Positions 61,701 to 64,000 of a stretch of 64,000 nt of DNA are shown one piece after another. Numbering within the stretch: the first letter of the stretch is position 1; every line of letters begins with the position of its first letter. The position numbers and the translations under genes are program-made. Under the pieces are notes generated by a model, which saw only the letters and a list, made by a program, of their open reading frames with translations, had not been told where the DNA came from and searched no databases. The stretch is from Candidatus Omnitrophota bacterium (lineage in GTDB: Bacteria > Omnitrophota > Omnitrophia > Omnitrophales > Aquincolibacteriaceae), in the NCBI GenBank assembly GCA_030698625.1, contig JAUYMS010000021.1:6227-70226 (forward strand), in the 5' to 3' direction.

Positions 61701-64000
61701 GCCTGGAAGCAACGTTGGCGAATAGCACGCTTCAATCCGCCGAACTTTTTAGAGCGCGCGGCGATCAAGCGGCAGCGCGAGAGGGTTATCGCCAAACACA
61801 GGCCCGCGTTGCACGCCTACCGAACTGGGAAAGCAATCGTGAGCTATTGAGTCTTTATCATCGCGCAGGCCTGGCTTTGGAAGAATACGAGGATGGGGTG
61901 CCCGAGACACCTCAGGATTTGGCGGCCGCGGACGAAACGGCGAACGACTCCGAAGAAATTGTCGATTTTGATTCACGACTGGACAGCATTTATGAAATGC
62001 TCCGCAGTCGGACAGCTGCCGGGTCGTTGAAGGCGGCCGAGATGTACGCCCATCGGGAAATTACGGCTTATCGGGACGCCCTTTTTAACAGCACGCTGCC
62101 TCCGGATGAGAAGGAAGCAAAGCTTCTGTCTTTGGAATCTGACTTGGCGGGCGCTGCCTTCAGGAACCTGCGGGCCATTGTTGAAAACGGTTACGAACTC
62201 ACCGATGAAGAGCAACCGCATTTCGATCAGATTGAGCGCTACCGGAATATGCTAATTGCCGCCGGGCTTGACGCCGAGACCGGTATTCCGGCAGAGGAAC
62301 GGAAAAACCGGTTACAGGCGATTGCTGACATGATTGAAGAGTTGAAGGTCGCACCGCTCAAGGCGGAGCTAAAAGATCTTGTGCCCGTGTTGTGGGACGG
62401 CGTACGCGAGTCATCGCGTCGCCGTCGCGGGCGCGAGGGTCAGGACCGTAAGGTGTTATATCCCGAGGACGTTTTTTCAGACCGCAGCGTTGTCGAGTTT
62501 CAAGAAAAGGTCAACCGCGTCCTTTCCGGCGATGATATCGCCAGAGAAGAAATCCTTGCCGAGTTTGACGATCACCTGGTTCAGATGGCGCACTTTCTCT
62601 GGAAGGGAATGAACGCGATGGCGGTTAAGTACATCAATAATCAGTGGCAGAACGCGACGATGGCGATGATTAGTGCCGGTAAATTATTTGCCAACGCAGG
62701 CAGGGCACGGAAGCAGAATGATAATGACGGGGCCGTTCGCTTTTATAATGAAATCATACGTATCACAAACGAAGAAGCCGATGATCGTGTGCCGGAATTT
62801 GTGAGGCGGTCTACCATCGTGCGGGCCGTGGTCGGGAAGTCTGCGGCGCTCCGTCACAACAGTAAATTTCAGGAAAGCCGCTTTCCCAGGGCCCTTGAGG
62901 TGGTGAAGGCTGCCTATGAAGAGGAACCGTGGAGCCATTTTCTTCTGACCGAACTCGGGTGGATTGAGTATCACTGGGGCCGTAATGTAACGGCCGGCCG
63001 AAGGAAGCATTTCGAAGAGGCCAAAAAGCATGCGCTGGAACTCGTTCGTCGAGCGCCCACCGACAGAGGCGGCCAGCACTTGTTGGCTTGGACCCATCTT
63101 GCGCTCGGAGAAAATGCCGAAGCGCTCGCAATGGCTCAGGCTTATTATAATGAACAACCGAACGAGTGGCTCGCCAACGACCTGTTAGTCTCCGCGCTCA
63201 TCGCAAATAATCGCAAAGGTGAGGCTGTGACGCTTGCGAGGAAGATCGATCAAGAAAGCATCGGTGATGTTACGAAACTGACTGACGCCGCGAAAATCGG
63301 CACCAATCGGTCAGAGTTGAGAGTGGCGCTCGTGGCTCCTGTTGCGGCCCGGTTTAAGACATCAATTGGATTGACGGCACGAATTGTGCGGCTAGGCGAC
63401 TCGGTTCTGGGTCAGATCATTGCGACTGCTTATGCGGAAGTCCCGAAGCTGGTGATTTCGACGACAACTCAGGATCAAATCACGGTTGATTACAGCCGGG
63501 TCTTTGAAATCACTCAGGGTGCCGAAGCCGTATTGTCGGCCGGTTTGCTTCGCGAGCTATCGCCGGCCGGCCGAGTTGAGTATGTCGATGCGATTTTGGC
63601 GGGTGCTGAAGACGCTGATCGGCACGCTTTACCCGTGATTCATTTTGCCGGTGATGCCACGTTGAAAGAAGAGTTATCCGCCTCACCCGCATTTCGTAAT
63701 CCTCTCGCTCATCAAATATTCAGTGTCAGTCCTCTGGAGGAGAGTCTTGTTGCGAACACGGTGAGCGCAAAGCCCGTTTCCGTATCATTAGATACATTGC
63801 CTTCGGAGTCGAATCCGCTGGCCGGTCAGATTCCTGCGATGCTCCTGTCGGCCGTAGAGCGCGACGGCGACCTTTCGGAAACAGACCGTTTTCTGCGTCT
63901 GCACCGTTTGACCCAACTTCAGCTTCTGGCCGCTCATGAACTGAAGGACCGCCTCAAGGGTGCTACGCCCGCGCGAACCGGCGAGCTGCTTGGGGAATTC
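34769..64000 (+). CDS. Giant multidomain protein of at least 9,744 aa (3' end outside window), modules delimited by RSELR
   Basis: ATG 34769 preceded by in-frame TAA at 34706; reads [26 protein letters not shown]... No stop seen in hand translation. The ORF track lists no + strand ORF in this frame after 34.5 kb, as expected for an unterminated frame. Last codons read ...GELLGEF at 64000. Confidence 0.95.
   Translation, partial: [9744 protein letters not shown]
36722..37903 (+). other. Domain of giant ORF: 3-dehydroquinate-synthase-like sugar-phosphate cyclase (EboD/EVS-type)
   Basis: [54 protein letters not shown], DPFE...[23 protein letters not shown]. Confidence 0.9.
46712..53464 (+). 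repeat. Tandem diverged duplication of a ~1,100-aa module in the giant ORF (46712-49996 and 50012-53464)
   Basis: Aligned blocks from start to end, e.g. [98 protein letters not shown]. Confidence 0.9.
58478..58990 (+). other. Domain of giant ORF: macrodomain (ADP-ribose binding/hydrolase fold)
   Basis: [56 protein letters not shown]. Confidence 0.88.
62640..63260 (+). other. Domain of giant ORF: TPR-like helical repeats
   Basis: [54 protein letters not shown]. Confidence 0.65.

Noticed and set aside
35222-63692. Dozens of 60-300 aa ORFs in the track (mostly minus strand) suggesting a non-coding or degraded region
   Set aside because: They are shadow frames of the single giant + strand ORF and none shows a recognisable family motif.

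Overview
Bacterial chromosomal window in two parts. Bases 1-34.5 kb are gene-dense: a signalling cluster (FecR-like protein, CHASE2 adenylate cyclase, STAS, GAF-histidine kinase, GAF-PP2C) followed by glgC, lptF/G-family, comF, rpsU, AmmeMemo A/B, hisS, aspS, phoH, 7TM-HD, ybeY, a TMTC-like glycosyltransferase, recO, dapL, folK, panC, panD, nadX, uvrA, cutA, an XRE-cupin regulator and comEA. Two copies of a structured MITE-like repeat lie between convergent genes. Bases 34769-64000 are one uninterrupted + strand reading frame (at least 9,744 codons) that runs off the window, which is why the ORF track misses it. The giant protein starts with a signal peptide and a putative ChaN/TraB/TIKI-like domain and is nearly cysteine-free. 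It is divided into modules by at least 11 exact copies of the pentapeptide RSELR, written with varied synonymous codons. The motif sits at the borders of recognisable modules: a sugar-phosphate cyclase, a duplicated ~1,100-aa unit, a macrodomain and a TM+TPR module. This suggests a secreted, proteolytically processed polyprotein. Gene content and the giant gene are compatible with Omnitrophota or a related lineage (inference). All translations of the giant ORF were done by hand and no database search was run.
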